A stretch of 63,155 bases of DNA, the filler included, from Octopus bimaculoides (taxonomy: Eukaryota), in assembly GCF_001194135.2 (NCBI RefSeq). It is 7 parts of 6 records of this genome, joined end to end, with 100 filler letters (N's around TTAATTAATTAA, not from the genome) between each part and the next. Parts side by side here need not be neighbours in the genome. Positions count along the whole stretch, not along the records: positions 60,849 to 63,155 come from NC_068985.1; 6 more parts are not named here. One strand, given 5' to 3'. Positions 63,154 through 63,155 of the stretch are shown here, piece by piece. Made by a program: the position numbers and the translations under genes. The notes below the pieces were generated by a model. That model was not told the origin of the DNA and made no database searches. It worked only from the letters and a program-made list of their open reading frames with translations. Position 1 is the first letter of the stretch. Every line of letters starts with the position of its first letter.

Positions 63154-63155
63154 AT

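Overview
AT-rich, microsatellite- and transposon-saturated eukaryotic scaffold with many N gaps. The SINE families and repeat landscape suggest a cephalopod, probably Octopus; this is an inference from recalled repeat families, not a database result. The one well-supported gene is five in-phase + strand exons (37097-37245, 42800-42941, 46232-46407, 47822-47929, 49272-49491; 795 nt, 265 codons) resembling the C-terminal part of the ciliary protein CFAP47. The rest is decayed mobile DNA: Dong/R4-type LINE fragments abutting (TAA)n arrays, RTE-type 3' ends, Penelope-like fragments (a GIY-YIG piece and a candidate minimal hammerhead ribozyme), several Tc1/mariner relics, a diverse set of MITE-like inverted-repeat elements and several SINE families. 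Most ORFs in the supplied track are microsatellite or N-gap artefacts. No rRNA, true tRNA gene or CRISPR array is supportable. I see no clearly novel biological system. The best leads are the variant-core hammerhead, the TAA-targeted retroelements, the ~236-bp high-identity inverted duplication and the MITE set.
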